Shown in pieces: positions 63,358 to 64,000 of a stretch of 64,000 nucleotides of DNA. Numbering within the stretch: the first letter of the stretch is position 1; each line of letters opens with the position of its first letter. The DNA comes from Lytechinus pictus (taxonomy: Eukaryota). The position numbers and the translations under genes are program-made. The notes beneath the pieces were generated by a model, which ran no database searches, was not told where the DNA came from, and saw only the letters and a program-made list of their open reading frames with translations. Location of the stretch: NCBI RefSeq assembly GCF_037042905.1, contig NC_087246.1:5830001-5894000 (forward strand). The letters are read 5' to 3'.

Positions 63358-64000
63358 TTAATCCTAAATAGACTGGGCTATTCTGACGCCTAAGAAGACG
63401 GGGGGGGGGGGCTGATTCTGCCCCCCTTACGATCTTGGCCGTTGATCGCGGTGAAAATTGACACATGCGTTACAGAAAACTATATTATAATATAAAAATC
63501 TCATAGCTAATTAATTCTGATAATTTATGTGTAAATAAGTTTGCTCTAATTAACTAAATTCAGGTGTAATGTCCCTAAAAATTCTTAATTTTGGTTCACT
63601 GACTCTTTATAGGAATCTGATCAAATGTGCTAACAAAAATTTCGATGTCACATTAATTTTTATGTGTTTTGTTGTTTTCTAAAGTTCTTATATATTTCTT
63701 TGATTTTAACTTTTTTTAAAATTGTTTTTTCAATGGAAATTGTCAGGGACTTTATTTTTACCATAAACAAGATGAAATTTAGTTTTATTTTAATCAGTAA
63801 AAGGAAAAATATAAGATACATTGATGAATTTTGGCTAAAAACACTATTTGCGGTGAATTTGTACATGAATTTTTTGAGCAATTTTTGGTCTGCATGCACT
63901 TACGAAATGTTGCGTGATTTCAGAACCGCTTACCTGGGGGGGGGGATCACTATTTTGGTCTCAAAAATTTGTGCGAGACTTAAAGTAAAAATTCAGTGAG
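63358..64000. mobile_element. Left part of a TTAA/piggyBac-like non-autonomous element running off the window end
   Basis: TTAATCCTAAATAGACTGGGCTATT..GAC(G)nCTGATTCTGCCCCCC..GATCTTGGCCGTTGATCGCG resembles 18046-18069 joined to 20360-20520. Confidence 0.5.

Overview
This is AT-rich, repeat-dense eukaryotic (metazoan) genomic DNA, not prokaryotic. The repeat style suggests a sea urchin or other echinoderm, which is my inference only. Two spliced protein-coding genes are transcribed divergently. (1) Acetoacetyl-CoA synthetase (AACS) lies on the minus strand. I reconstructed 7 coding exons with GT-AG boundaries and consistent phases, from the ATG at 16729 to the AMP-binding motif [10 protein letters not shown]; the gene continues past the left edge. 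(2) A TMEM132-family gene lies on the plus strand, with a signal-peptide exon at 29474-29543, a 28.7-kb intron and an 883-bp exon at 58253-59135; it continues past the right edge. The rest is mostly non-autonomous mobile elements: 8-bp-TSD TIR elements, TTAA-flanked Kolobok/piggyBac-like MITEs, Harbinger-like MITEs, foldback elements, a Helentron-like element and tRNA-derived SINEs, often nested, plus tandem and microsatellite repeats. I found no intact transposase, CRISPR array or clear RNA gene, and I cannot support a novel multi-gene system. The best leads are the AACS-TMEM132 linkage (also adjacent in human), a 5.1-kb TIR element with a reiterated subterminal motif, a foldback element whose arms are tandem repeats, and two different insertions at the same site in two copies of one host repeat.
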